Shown here piece by piece: positions 27,058 through 42,293 of a stretch of DNA of 55,119 nucleotides; within the stretch, counting starts at the first letter, position 1; the number at the start of each line of letters is the position of its first letter. The DNA is from Seison nebaliae. Taxonomy: Eukaryota. A program made the translations under genes and the position numbers. The stretch covers positions 1 through 55,119 of the forward strand of contig JALJEE010002327.1 of the NCBI GenBank assembly GCA_023231475.1, in the 5' to 3' direction. The notes under the pieces are model-generated. The model worked only from the letters and a program-made list of their open reading frames with translations, searched no databases and was not told where the DNA came from.

Positions 27058-30000
27058 TTAGATGAGATAATCTTTTGTTGTATAATGAAGAATTTGTTCG
27101 TTAATTGGCGACGATTGAGATTTGGTCGATGTCGAATTTGTATTGAATATATAACGATCATATGATAATTGTTTAGTTGTCGGTGGTTGAATGTTGATGA
27201 ATATTTTACTTGTTTTTCTTTCTGTTTTATTATTGTTATTGTTGTTGTTGTTATTATTAATATCAGAATCATTGACAGAACTTACACCACTGCTACTTTC
27301 GTCACGATCATTTGACAATTGTCTTAAATTCCTCGAAAGTTTATCAGCTGATGAGAGAACGGATGAAGAGGAAGATGAAGAAGATGATAATGATGAAGAA
27401 TTTATATGATTCTTCGTTTTCATCACCGAATAATTGCCATTATGATGTGTCGAATAATTTTTCATTGGTGGTGGATAAAGTGAAGCGGCAGAATTCTTCG
27501 GATTAATTACAATCGTTTCTTCTTTTCTTTCAATTTGTTTATCTTTCGATTTCGGTTCATTATTCTGAGAGAGGAATTTCGATAAACGATTTTTCGATTT
27601 TCGCCAAATCGAATTGAACGAATTTAATTCATTCGGTAAACTACTCATTGAATGAGATGATATCATATTCTTTTTCGATGGGACAGTCAAGGATGAATTG
27701 CCAATGTCGGATTTCGTTGTTAATGATTGATGTGGTGGTTTGAGTGGACGATGGTTTTTTTCTCGAAAGAATTCAAAGAGAACCATATTAATTTTGGAAT
27801 TAACTAACAATTGTTTACTCAACGTTATCTCGTTCACCACTTTCTGATGAGACCAATTGATGATAGGAATGGAATTAATTGAATATAAAATGTCGTTGGA
27901 TTGGATACCATATTTGGAGAGATATTCGTCGACTTCCACAATTCTCACAGGAAATTCCCCATGTATCGTAAAACCATATTCGATTTGTGTCGTATACTTC
28001 GAATAATGTAACATATCCTTTTTGAATTCGACAAATAATCGATCAGAAAATCGACTTGACGAATTAAATAATTCCATCGGACCTAAATAATCGAAAATAT
28101 CGAACGGTTTATTAATGGTGAGAATATCGGTAGAAATTACATTTAATTCTTCACTTTTCCAGATTGCATGATTCTCTGTTTTTGGAAGTATATTCGGCAC
28201 ATCATATAAATCATGCAGGAAGTTTTCGTTCTCATTATAATCTTTAATTCGTTCACTTAATTGTATCAATTTCTCATTCGTTTCATCGATGAGATGTTGG
28301 AAAGAAATCATATGTTCCAAATCGGGACACAATGTTGTACATGATCTCGACTCATCCAAATATCGTTGAGCTTTCATTAGATGTGCGAACGCTATACTGA
28401 CAGTTCCATAATCGAGGAATGGTAACCATTTCGGATCATCGCGAGGTATTGATTGATGTAACTTCTCCAATAAATATGTCAACGGAAATTGATCCGTATA
28501 ATAAAGTAGAGCTAAAGCAGCATAATAATGAGATAAGCAAGCATAAAAATGACATTTACTTCTAATACAATAACGCCAATATTCCGGTATGATGGAATTG
28601 GAAGATGACGGTGTGACCATCGAAGAAGACAATGTCGAATATTTATTATCCATTAAAGATTTCCTCTCATTCTTTTTGAGTGTATTTGAATTATTTTGAA
28701 TAATATCATTCAATTGAGATTTCATTGAAGGGAAAAACATTTTCGATCTTTCCAATGTCAACGACGACGACGGAGTACTTCGTAACGATGTACATGAAGT
28801 GAATAATTGATGAGTTGACGTTAGATTGGACATGGTGGAAAACCGTTTTTTCTCTCGAACAAATTCTTTCGATGGCAATAAAGAAATTGATGATTTCGAA
28901 TTTTGCATTGTCAGATTTGCCGTTACATGAACTTGTTTGTACATGTCGGAGACTTTGGCTGATTCTTTCGCTTTGCTCACATAATCCCGAATGAATTTCA
29001 TCTTTCTCATCTCCTCTTTACTATTGACGAGACAAGTGTGAGTAAAAACGGCTTCTTGAGCTTGAGCTATCATCAAATTGGTGATAAATTGAAGGAGAGT
29101 CTGATTGAAATCGGTCGATTGATCTTCATTCGATTTATCTGATTTTATCATCTCGAGAATCATGTTGAAAATGGCCGCTGAATTTTCGAAATTATTTTTT
29201 ACTCGTACAAAATCTCCATTCAAAGTTTCTCGAACAGCTATCTGTGAATAGGCTGCAGCTAAATTGAATAATATCGATAATTCTTCTTCGTTAATATCTG
29301 CCGATAAATTCTGATCGCCGTCCAGGAAATTATACCAAATGAAAAAGACATTTTCTTCCTGATTATTATTCGTCAACGACAACGAACGATTCGACGTCAA
29401 TACTGATAAATTCTTCTTTCTTTTCAATGTACTCAATCTCTTGTGTCGGGATGACGACATGGTACAATATCGTTCATTTGTTATCATTTCCACCGGTTTA
29501 GTGGAATATTGGAAAAATCGCTTCTTGATGTTACTAATTTGTTTCCAATATTTCGTTAGAGTTTGTAGAATAAATTGATCCATTTTGTCAGTTCCATTCT
29601 CATTAGGATAACCTGGCCATCCTTCCAATACGTTGTTTGGTGAATATTCAGCGATCATTCTCATTTGCTAAAAAAGTAATTTAAATTGAAAAAATATTTC
29701 AAAATAGAAACCTCTCTCAATTTTCTCAATTTATGAATTAATGGTTCACATTCCGCTTTCTTCCATTTGAAATTTCTTATGATTATATTCTAGAAAATTT
29801 CAATTAGAATTTTAGGAAATTGAAAATTTGGGAAAAAACTTCGATAATTCGATAAATGTTCGTTTTTTCACTTGTATGTTTCATGGTGATTGGAATCATT
29901 GGAACACAATTCTCCATGTCACTAGAATTGTAAGTATTATTAAAAATTAATAATTAAATTTAAGAAAGAATTGGAGAACTTGAATAAATTGAACCATTCC

Positions 30001-30201
30001 GTACCGATAAGTGAATGGTATTCATATTTGAGAATTTTCAAACGAGATTCAGCGAACATCAGTTCTAATTTTGCCGAATTTTTCACTTCTCGATTATTCG
30101 ACGCACTTTCGGGAAAGGAATAAGAGAATTGAAAGAAAGTTGAGAGTTAACCTTATCAAATTGTTTGCACCGTTGATAAATTGGCGAAGGCGGAACATTT
30201 C
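27058..30201 (-). CDS. RHPN: Rhophilin (HR1-BRO1-PDZ); further 5' exon(s) not resolved
   Basis: HR1-like GANNLISASNNREVKNSAKLELMFAESRL, VPMIPITMKHT, BRO1 FIWYNFLDG..SILFNLAAAYSQIA..MIAQAQE and PDZ YGFTIHGEFPVRI. Introns 30106-30151, 29922-29979, 29790-29839, 29668-29711. Confidence 0.85.
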
Positions 30202-30693
30202 CTGAAGGATTTTTATATTATTCTTCTTTTCCTTCTGCATCTTTCTTTTTCTCCTCCTTCTAATTCCAGAATGAAGATGCTAAAGTTCGATGGGAGATAA
30301 ACGGGAATCTAAAAATTTCGAACGGAATAATAATTGGAGTAATTTGACCCTTAACGACTTTAACTGTCGTATGAGAAACAGTCGAGGGATGAAGGAAAGA
30401 AAGTGGGAAGAGAATTGAATTTTCTCAAAGAATTCTTCCCGACGAAGCTGCTCTCAAAGAAAGAAAAGAAACGATTAAGCGAAAGAATTTGATGCGACAA
30501 AGTTCCATTGAATGGAAATTAATGTTGGAGACATTAATGATGACGTCATTAAGTAGGAAGAAATGGAGTTGATATTTTTTCACTTGAAGGTTCTTTCTTA
30601 GCGTTCTGCGGTTTCCTTCCTCTTATTGTGTTTTATTGAGAAAATAGCTAATGAGCGAATAATTTACGTTAAACGAATGGAATTTATATCGAA

Positions 30694-30715
30694 ACACACA
30701 CACACACACACACAC
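30694..30715. repeat. (CA)n microsatellite
   Basis: About 11 CA units. Confidence 0.9.
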
Positions 30716-31091
30716 ATAAACAGACAAAAGGGGGAGAGACATCAATCTCAAATAATAAGTTCGATAAAGAAAAGACGAATGAACGTTTATCGATTCAATT
30801 CCATTCTATCAATAGAACGGAAAATTTAAAGGAAATAATTCGAATTTCTCATGGAATATTTCTATTATCTTCATCGCCTCTAAATATAAAGAGAAATCAA
30901 TGTTAGAAGTGGAATATCAACATCAGCACTTACACCATAATATTATTGGTATCTGTTGATGTAATGTTTTTTTTCGTTACAATCATTCTTTCTCTTATTA
31001 TCCATTTCTCATATCTTCCAATCATCGTGTTGATGATCTGTTCCAATGTGAATAAACATTGTCAGTTCAGTTTCTGTTAATTACATTCTAT

Positions 31092-31135
31092 TACTACTAC
31101 TACCACTACTACTACTACTACTACAACAACGACTA
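31092..31135. repeat. Imperfect (TAC)n microsatellite
   Basis: tactactactaccactactactactactactacaacaacgacta. Confidence 0.85.
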
Positions 31136-33677
31136 TTAGTTGAAAAATGGGAGTACTTAAGCAGACGAGGTAAAACCAACTTTCCACCGTTTAAACGGTT
31201 ATCCATTTTTACTCAATATCGTCATCGTTTAACGTTGATAATGAAATAATTTTCCATTCCGTCTAATCTCCTTCACCCAATATACTTATTCTTAGCAGCA
31301 CACAACTATTATCGTTTTCCAATGAACATGAATGAAATCAAATTGGTAAATTCGATAATTATTTCCTCTGTCTGTCAAAGAACGTTTAAGGTAAATGAAT
31401 CTCTGACTAATTCCCACTTACATGATTAATTCCCCTACTGCCATTATTAGTGATCATGAGAATTAATCATTTTATTAATCATTATTTAACGTTATCATAA
31501 TGAACGATAGTGGCATCGATCGATGATGAACATCATCTACATATGATAATTTGTAACAATTCACTTTCCTACGAAAGAAAAAACTTTATTGTAGACAAAT
31601 TATGGACGGAGAAAAAAAACGTCACATTCCATTATATGAACAATACGTGTCCACCAGAATTATCATCGTCATCAGAAAGTAGCCGTCTGTTCAATGAATG
31701 AATTGGGATGATGTGAAATTTTCCTCCACGATCATCGTATTCATCAGAGTGTAAGAGATTGGAAGGAATGAGAAGAAAAGAAACAACAAAATATCTTTCT
31801 TTCCCATCATCATTATCGTCATAAGAGAAATAAATGGAAATAATTTTAAAAGTTTTTCTTATTGATAAGAATAAATAAAATAATCCTTTCCTCTCCTCAA
31901 CAACAAGAATGATGTAATCCCAATTAATTCTCATTATAAAATAACATTTACAGAATTATAAAAAAGAAATGTTTAATTAGACGAGCGCGTTTCCATCACA
32001 AAATAAATTAATATCAGAACGACCATCATTATTATTTACGTAATTCTTTTGTTCCTTCTTCCTTAAACTTCTCGAATGATTCTTATGATTATCATCTCAA
32101 TATTCATTTGTAATCAATATGACATATACAAATAATGCGGATACTGGTAATTTTCGGATAATCACATTGAAAGTTAAAAAGAAGAAAAAGATTAAATTAT
32201 TCTCAATAGAAAAGAGTGATGGAATAGATGATGGTTCTTTTTCTTATATTTTTGATCCTTAATACAATAAATCGTAATTCATTTCTATTAATATCTGTTA
32301 CGATTAAGCTTTACAAGAAATCGTCAAATCATTTGAAGACTTCCACATCGTACGGCGATCGATGGAGATAACATCTCCACGATTTAGTTCGGTTAGACTT
32401 CCTCCAACTAACTATATAAATACGGAACTACCATACGTCGTCGAATTCTGATCTCCGACCACGTCAACTGATTTTATTCATTATCGATCCTCCTTCTCCA
32501 CCTCCTGACCTCACTATCTGTCTATTGAATACTATTCGATCATAATTTCTATGCAAATTATCATTCTTTATACGGGAAATGACAATTATCTAAGAAAATT
32601 AACTAAAGTTTTTTTTCCCAGAGAATTTCGTCGGGTCCAACAAAATTAAGACGGAAATAGTTGTGAACGAAAAAAGTTGTTTTTTTTGAAATTTGCCATT
32701 TCATTTTGTATCGAGTCTTCTTCTGTTAGTTGAATAATTAGAGAAGAATGCTTTTATTCTGATTCGATTGTAATGTAAATATTTGAATGAGACAATAACT
32801 CAATGTGATGATAAAATGACAATTTTTCCCCTCAATCTTTTCAACCAGTTGAGGACAACAAGGGAAGTTTATTATAACAAACGAAATTCGAAAAACAAAT
32901 GAATTATTATTATTTTTAATAAAATTTATTGGAGATTCTTATCATTACTCATTTGGATCTCTAATTTTATTGTACTCCATTTGAAGAAAGAAAGCAGGTT
33001 AAAAGAGAAACCGAAATAATTTTAAAAGAAAATAAATTATAATGTAAATAGGATAGTGGTAATAAAATTAGGTGATAATGAAACCGATTGATATCAATAT
33101 GAAGTAGACAGTTGACTTGAGAATGATTTACGAATATTTCACAATATCATATCGTTGTCCTTTCTGTCATCCGAACAAAGATTAACATTGATATGATGAT
33201 GGATGGAAATATAAATAATATATCGTTTGGCATGTCGACTATAAATCAGAGAATGAATATTTAATGATTTAGAAAGAATTATTAATTATCTATAAATTGA
33301 TAATGATTCTTATTATCATACCATATCATCTTAGATGATGGTTCATAATAATATGAAAAAAGGATGTTCGATAACAGATAATTGAATTAATTAAAAAACT
33401 TCTTCAACAATAAACAAAATTTGATGAAAATTAATTAGAGTAACATGTAGACGTGAAATTGAACGGTTAGAGATGTCGATGATTCGATAAATAAATAAAT
33501 AAATTTTTGTCATAGTTAAGAAATGCGTACGATCAACATTGTGGGAGACATGACCATCACTGAACCGTAACATGGACATTATCAACTTGATATTGACATT
33601 ATTCATTTGCATTGAACTTTCAGTGAATGAGTAAACTGATAATTGTTGCGGTCACTCGACATTCACCAACTTTCACG

Positions 33678-33691
33678 GTTGCTATGGCAAC
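33678..33691. promoter_or_regulatory. Candidate RFX X-box
   Basis: GTTGCTATGGCAAC is one mismatch from the palindromic consensus GTTGCCATGGCAAC. Confidence 0.5.
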
Positions 33692-35075
33692 TGTGTTGAG
33701 GGAAACTATCTGATTTCATGCTTCAATTAAAATACTTGTCGGTATCGAATGTTAGTATCTCGATGTCTCTCACATACTCGATTGGAAAGATGATTGTAGT
33801 AGGAGAAGAATGTTATAAAAATTACTTGGACGATTATTTATAAATTAGTTTGAGAGAGGACGTATTAACTGACTAATACTGGTCAATCATGAAAATAATG
33901 GAATTTCCCTATTGGTCATTTATGAATTTTTCGTAGTAGGCAAACACATTTCTCTATCTGATATTATTCTCGTGTTCATTAATCGTTAGTTCTCGTTCGT
34001 TCAAGAATTAACCCCACATCAAAATTAGCATAATTTCAATTTTCTCACAAAACGGCGATTCTATTGAATTTCCACTTTACTTAACATACTTTTATCTGTC
34101 GGCTGCCAATTATTTAACTTACAATTTAGAAGTTAGTGTGAACAATTTAGTCTTCCTAACTTTCTTATCCCACCGTTGTAAACGGTCGATAACAGTCAGC
34201 CTAAGTTTTTTTATTCAACAAATACGACAAAGTCTTATCTGTGAAACGGAAAGAAATCTTCACTTCCATCGAAGTCGATGGAAGAAATGGAATGGAGGAA
34301 CCTTCCTAAATTCAGCATGATATCGATTTATTTTCAGTTTCATTTTAACAGGAGAATGGTAAATGGGTCAGTCGACATCTACTTGCTAAATGTGAGATTG
34401 TGTTGTTCAGTCATTCAAGTATTTAACGTTCTGCTCCGTTTCCAATATTCCTTTCATTCACTTCCTAATTTCTTTTTTCGTTAATCAGTCGAAACGAATA
34501 ATTTATAGAATATCGTTTAATATTCATTTTAGTTACAATTTACGAAACTCGATTTATGATTGAAGTTGAACAGATTCATTATTCATCGTCTATTCTCCAT
34601 TTTACCTCATATCTCTCCCATGTTATTCATGATTGATAATGATCATTCATATCTAATAATTCTCAGATAATTTGGTGATAAATCTGAGAATTATTATTTC
34701 ATAATTCGATGATAAATTTCTGACAATATTATACGATGACATCATTTAAATGAGATGAATTTAATAGAATATAATCTACTATAATTAATTGTTAATAGTT
34801 TTTTAATGGAATCTAAAATCATGTCGCAAAATTTCCTTCTCTTATTCATCATCATCATAAGATTTCCTTAAAAATATTGATATGTTCCCGTTGATTTTAA
34901 GAAAAAGAATTGACATAAATTGAAATTCCATTAACAATTAAAAGAAATACTGAAAATATTTAGTAAAGAATAGACGTCTGATATAATTCTCAAAGAATAA
35001 TAGATAAATAAAGAGCTAAATCACAAATTTACTATTTCAAATTTTATTACCCAAAAAAAATTTCTAGTAATAATA

Positions 35076-35368
35076 ATGAAATTATATTTTTTCTTATTGT
35101 TCATCGGATTTTGTGCCGCAATGGAACTACAAAGTTCTCCTCAAGACAAGTTCTGGTTTTGGAAGAGAGGCACCCAGTTTAATCCCAAGTCGATTATTAA
35201 CCAACACTGCGAATTCATCTACAATAAATGTTTCCAATTTTCACATTAAACAAAAAAAAAACGATCATTTCTTCATTTGATGCAGGTGTTCAAAGAATGA
35301 AATCGATATTAAGTACGAATGTGTATGGAAAAGCAAATGATGACAACATGAGATATTATGACAATTGA
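35076..35368 (+). CDS. Small secreted peptide precursor, 2 exons, ~78 aa (absent from the ORF track)
   Basis: Signal-like MKLYFFLLFIGFCAA, then MELQSSPQDKFWFWKRGTQFNPKSIINQHCEFIYNKC|VQRMKSILSTNVYGKANDDNMRYYDN*. Intron 35230-35285 (GTTTCC..TGCAG). Confidence 0.55.
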
Positions 35369-35412
35369 TTCTATTTTATTTCTAGTAACTTCTTGTGAAA
35401 TTTCGAAACTTG

Positions 35413-37380
35413 ATGAGATTAATTAATAAATGTCTACTCTGTTTAATTCCTTCTCACTTAATTTACGTGATAATTTATTGTTATCATCATATAAATTTCA
35501 CTCAACTTTCTCAAACGAAGTTTACTACTAAAAATTGTCTTATTCAACATGATCATCAATTCAATTATTCGAAATCACTTCCACATAATTTCTCTATAGT
35601 CCGACCACAACCAAAAGTGGATTGTCATAATTTTTTTTTTAAAAACCATCCGTACACCTCAACTTATAAAAGAGAAGTTTACCAATTTCCTTTCATTGAA
35701 AGTCACCTGAAAATTGTCCCACCCGAAGAAATTACTCCTCTCCATTTCATTAGATATCTGAAGAAATATGGTTGTCGGAAATATTTGGAGGAACGAGGTA
35801 TCGTCCATTGGTATCGATTTGGTCATTTGGAGAGATTAGAAGAATTCCATCATTTCCCATTGAATAATGTGAAAATTTCGAAAGATATCCAACTAAATGA
35901 AGATGGAACATTTAAAAATTTTTATTATGTAAAACAAAAAGAATTAGAACAACCGATTGTTTTCAGTATTCTCATTTCGGATGGAATCGAACAATTGGAA
36001 CGATTAATTCTCAACATTTTCTCACCACAAAATATTTATTGTGTTAGTGTGGATTTGAAAGGTGGATATTATTTGATGTCAGCCATTCGATTATTGAGTG
36101 AATGTATTCCAAATATGATTGTGGCGGAAAAACAATACAAAGTGGAATGGGGTGAATGGTCGATAGTAGAGGCACATCATTCTTGTTTTAAGAATTTATT
36201 GAAATATCAAAACGGTCTTCAATTAGCAAACGACAAGTTAAATAGAAGAAAAATTTCAATTTATTCAAAAGAAACTTTTGAATATTTCATGAAATATTCT
36301 TCTCATCAATGGAATTATCTTTTGGACATCGCTCATGAAACAATGCCAATGATGAGTGTTGGTGAAATGGGATCATTCCTTCATAAATCCTTCTATACAA
36401 ATGACATCGAATGTTATTGTCCATTTCCACAATATTATGCAATGGGTCGATTCCCAAAAACTGATGCAATTCGTACAAAGATTTTTTTGGGTCATTCTCG
36501 GGAGGAGAATATGAAGTACTTGAAATATTACATAAACATCCCGACACTTTTATTGGAGAATAAGAATTTTTATGAAATTTTACAAACGAAAGAAAGACAA
36601 AAAAAATTTGAATTTGTTCGAATTTTCCATTACCAAACTTTCATGTTTTACGTCTCGTTCAATCCGTTTGGAAATCAACGAAAAATTTTCATTTTAACAC
36701 TGGGCAAAGGGAGTATGTATGGTGCGTTTAGAAGGGAATTCATTCAAGAAATTTTTCGAAATCCATTCGTTCGTGAATTTGGGGAGTGGGTAAAAGATTC
36801 ATATATTTCCGATGAAACATTCTGGTCGTCATTATCATGTGTCTGTGGTATGATTCATTTGGAGAAAGTATTGGAATTAATTTTTGATTATTTCCAATTA
36901 ATCAGATCGAATAAAGGAAATGAGAAATTTCTTTCTCCACAAATCATACCGGAAATAAATAAAAGGAATTTTAAAATAAAATTCTTCAAATCTGACCATA
37001 TCTCTTCCCTCACATCAATCTCATTGGAAATTGGAGATAAAATTAGAAATTATTCAATTATTTTACCTCCCTCACAATCATCGTTAGCGAACATTCATCA
37101 AACAACTGTTAATTATCAACAATGGCTACCAAGACCATGTCGATCATTTTTCCATCATTCTATGTGTGTTATCGGAATAAGTGATTTATATTGGGTGTTC
37201 GATTTGGGGAAGATGTTTATAAACAAATTCAAAATTCGATATGATCCCACGGCAATTTATTGTGCAGAAAAACGACTAATTGAACGTCGTCTCCAAAATC
37301 AAATTATAGAAGACGACGAATATTGTCAAAAGAACAATATATTGAAATGTTCGAAAATACGTTTCCGTTATAAATGGTAA
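35413..37380 (+). CDS. GT14 core-2/I-branching beta-1,6-GlcNAc transferase-like protein, ~655 aa
   Basis: N-terminal signal anchor, PIVFSILI..LERLILNIFSPQNIYCVSVDLK, VEWGEWSIVEAHHSC, KGSMY, SDETFW, CVIGISDL and FINKF..DPTAIYC. First ATG is at 35413. Confidence 0.88.
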   Translation: MRLINKCLLCLIPSHLIYVIIYCYHHINFTQLSQTKFTTKNCLIQHDHQFNYSKSLPHNFSIVRPQPKVDCHNFFFKNHPYTSTYKREVYQFPFIESHLKIVPPEEITPLHFIRYLKKYGCRKYLEERGIVHWYRFGHLERLEEFHHFPLNNVKISKDIQLNEDGTFKNFYYVKQKELEQPIVFSILISDGIEQLERLILNIFSPQNIYCVSVDLKGGYYLMSAIRLLSECIPNMIVAEKQYKVEWGEWSIVEAHHSCFKNLLKYQNGLQLANDKLNRRKISIYSKETFEYFMKYSSHQWNYLLDIAHETMPMMSVGEMGSFLHKSFYTNDIECYCPFPQYYAMGRFPKTDAIRTKIFLGHSREENMKYLKYYINIPTLLLENKNFYEILQTKERQKKFEFVRIFHYQTFMFYVSFNPFGNQRKIFILTLGKGSMYGAFRREFIQEIFRNPFVREFGEWVKDSYISDETFWSSLSCVCGMIHLEKVLELIFDYFQLIRSNKGNEKFLSPQIIPEINKRNFKIKFFKSDHISSLTSISLEIGDKIRNYSIILPPSQSSLANIHQTTVNYQQWLPRPCRSFFHHSMCVIGISDLYWVFDLGKMFINKFKIRYDPTAIYCAEKRLIERRLQNQIIEDDEYCQKNNILKCSKIRFRYKW

Positions 37381-37729
37381 AGATTTAAGTTTTAATGAAA
37401 ATTTCTTTCTTTTTTTTTCGATAACTTTTCGTTTAAATCAAATAGAAGAATAATTAAATAATTTATGAAATTTAAAAAAAAAACGATAAACAACGATGAT
37501 AATTTTTTCTTTAATCTGATTCTGGAAAGACATCATTTTTTTTTTGAAGGAACAAGAAGAAATATTTGAGAAAAAAAAGAAAACGATCAAATGACTTTGT
37601 TTCTACTTTCAATTTCATTCATTAGTCATCTTTTGCTCGCGTACATGAGAATGTACAGATTGTTGTTGTTGCTGTTGTTGACGATTCTTCTTTCATACCA
37701 GAATTTTTGAAGAATTTAAATTTTGATAA

Positions 37730-39531
<1,802 letters not shown>

Positions 39532-40310
39532 AACTCAATCGAAAGTAATTTAGAAATAAGAAGAAATGAGCGATTTTGGTTGACTTCTTTCTTTTTAATT
39601 CTCAGTTTTGCTGAACGATTATCTTTCCCATGCCACGAAGACAAAATGAGGCAGCTCAAATTAATATTGGACGACTACCATACATTTTTGTTCAATTTCT
39701 TATTTTAACTTTTAGCTTACCCCATTATCACTTCTGACATATGTCGACGTGACATCCAGTGATCACTACGTATTGTAAATTCCTATTCTTCACATTATTA
39801 ATTTTTCAATTTTCTTTGTACATATCAGAGAAACGCCTCCAATGAAATCTTTCATATCATCATCCTGACACTTCCGTACACTGACATTGTCAATCCATCT
39901 AATTATGATCATCCATCTCAATAATAATCATTTGTTTCGATTACATAAAAATGAACATTTTAAAAAAGTATTAAAATTCATTTTAATTTCAAAAATTTAA
40001 AATTTAAGTTTAAACTTTAAAAAGATTTAAATGTCGACCAGTTTTGGTCGGATTAGTGCTAAGAGTGTTTAATCCTAATTGTGATCGAAACTCAAGTGTT
40101 TTTCACTTTTCAAGTGTCAAATAGCTTATTCAATGGGAATCTCATGACATGGGACTTAAGTTCTCCATCTAATCTTCGTTCGAAGAACGAGTCATTGTTC
40201 ATTTTTATTAATGTTAAAAGAACGTTAATGGTACATGAGATATAGATGATTATGTCAAAAGTTGATATTTCCAAAAAAAGAAATGGTCATTTGAATGAAT
40301 GGTTAAGGTA

Positions 40311-41104
40311 TTATTGTTGTTTTTGTTGTTGTTTTTGTTGCTTTTTCTTGATTAGCCATTCGGTGAAAGCTTTCTGGGAATTAATTTTTTTCTCTTCAAT
40401 TCGTTTCTTCTTCTCGACATCATCTAATCTTTTCTTAGACAGTCCATATAAATGATGGAGTTGTCTCAGATGTTTCTTGTTTTTGTGCCAATCGTTGATA
40501 TCGTCGTTATGATGACATTGTTCCAATCGTTTAATTTCTTTCCAATAGAAAGAAGGATCTTTCAGTTTATCTTCTTTCTTCTTCAATAATTCCTGTTGAG
40601 ATTCTCTGATCTTCTCATATTTATTCCGATACTCATCATCCACATCTTCTGTAAATACATGGTTGATTGCAATTCGTTTCGTCGGTTTTTGAATAAATTC
40701 TATTCTATACATATCATTAGGACGACGTATTAATCGGACATGTTTCAATGTCTCAATCGTTAGAGGTTGCTCTTTTTGTCGTCGGAAATGAGAGAACATT
40801 TGTTGGACTTTATCATTTGAAGGGAATTTCGAGAAACTATTAGGTTCCTCATTCGAAAGAGTTGCATAAATATGGGAAGCTGTCGTTATCAAACGTTTTG
40901 TTGTTGTCGTGCTTATTCTCTCACACTCATCCGTCATCTTTAATTTTAACGTCACGATATTTTCCTACCTAATAATTCTTCCTTCTTCTAATTGACAAAC
41001 ACATAATTATTAGAATGTAATTCCACAAATAAGAATTACATTTATTTTACTTCGATCGGATGGTTAGAGGTGAATATGGAATGGAAATCACAAACTTCTT
41101 TCAT
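40311..41104 (-). CDS. Basic coiled-coil protein, ~220 aa, with a C-terminal CCDC34/CCDC181-like AFxEWLxKK motif
   Basis: ORF 40311-40964 plus a probable 9-nt first exon ATGAAAGAA (41096-41104) joined by intron 40965-41095 (GTTTGT..TAG); ends NSQKAFTEWLIKKKQQ. Confidence 0.5.
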
Positions 41105-42293
41105 TCTACAAAGACTTTGAGGGAAAAGGTCAAATCCGACAATGTACGATAGAAATGTAATTATAAAAATGTCCTTTAAAAATATTTTCTTCAAACTTCT
41201 CCATTTACCAAGCATTCGATCAATCGAATTATCAACATGTACCTAAAAAGAGCTGTAACTATCTCTAACATATTCCATTAGAGAAGATAATGATTATTTT
41301 AAAAAAAATTCGTCTTCAAATAAGAGTCATTTAGAAGAATATAAAGAAAGTTCTCTAATTCTTATGACGTCAAATATTTTTTATTCATCATTTTCATATT
41401 CTAATTTCTTTGGTCAAATTGAACTTGATTGAACGAATAATTTGCCAACGGAAATCGAGAGAATGGAATGATATGCAAATATTTGAGCTCCACAGCTCGC
41501 TCATCTAACTTCATCATGTTAAGATGCAGTTTTTTTGGAAAGCAAATATTTGTAAATTCCATTTGATTCTAATTTATTCCATTCCTCTACGTCTATTCCA
41601 TTGAGCACATAACATCGACAAATATTCAACGTAATTTCTTCTACTTCAAAAAAAATAATTACTTTAAATTTATTCAGTTTTTTTTGAATAATTTTTTCAG
41701 TTTAGTCTTTTAGTTTTCTTGTCCTTCTCACAATAAATTCCAGCATAATATACGTATCATCAATATTTATGTTTTATACGAAATTTCGAAAGAAAACATT
41801 TTCTCTTTCTTTCCTTCGTTTTCTTTTTTTAAAAGCAAATCAGTGTTATTTTAACTATTTACTTCGATTTCATTATATCGATAACTTTATTCTCTTTCAC
41901 TTGCACATCATCTCTTCTAATTTACGAAATTGATGTAACATAATCGAAACAATCGATTGTTTTTGTCTATTTAGTGTATCGCAACTGATTCAATGATAAG
42001 TGACTGTGTAGTAGTTAGTTAGTTGTTCGATAGTAATTTAAAGCTGAGAACAAGTCGTCTGTCGGATATGTGGATAAGTTGTAAAAAGGTGATTAGAATT
42101 ACGTTCACCTTTTAAATGGAAAGCTATATTTAGGAAAATGGAAAAAAGCAAAAAATTCTGTTTTTATTTTACGCAATCATTCTCCATTTTAACTAAATCT
42201 ATTGGAATAACAATTTCCATCATTATTTTTCCGATCATTTTTTGAAAGAGAAATATGAAAATTTTGAATTGTTTATATATAGAGCGTTGAATA

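Noticed and set aside
30202..34500. Short ORFs and several candidate upstream rhophilin exons
   Set aside because: No phase-consistent, homology-supported chain of exons could be built by eye
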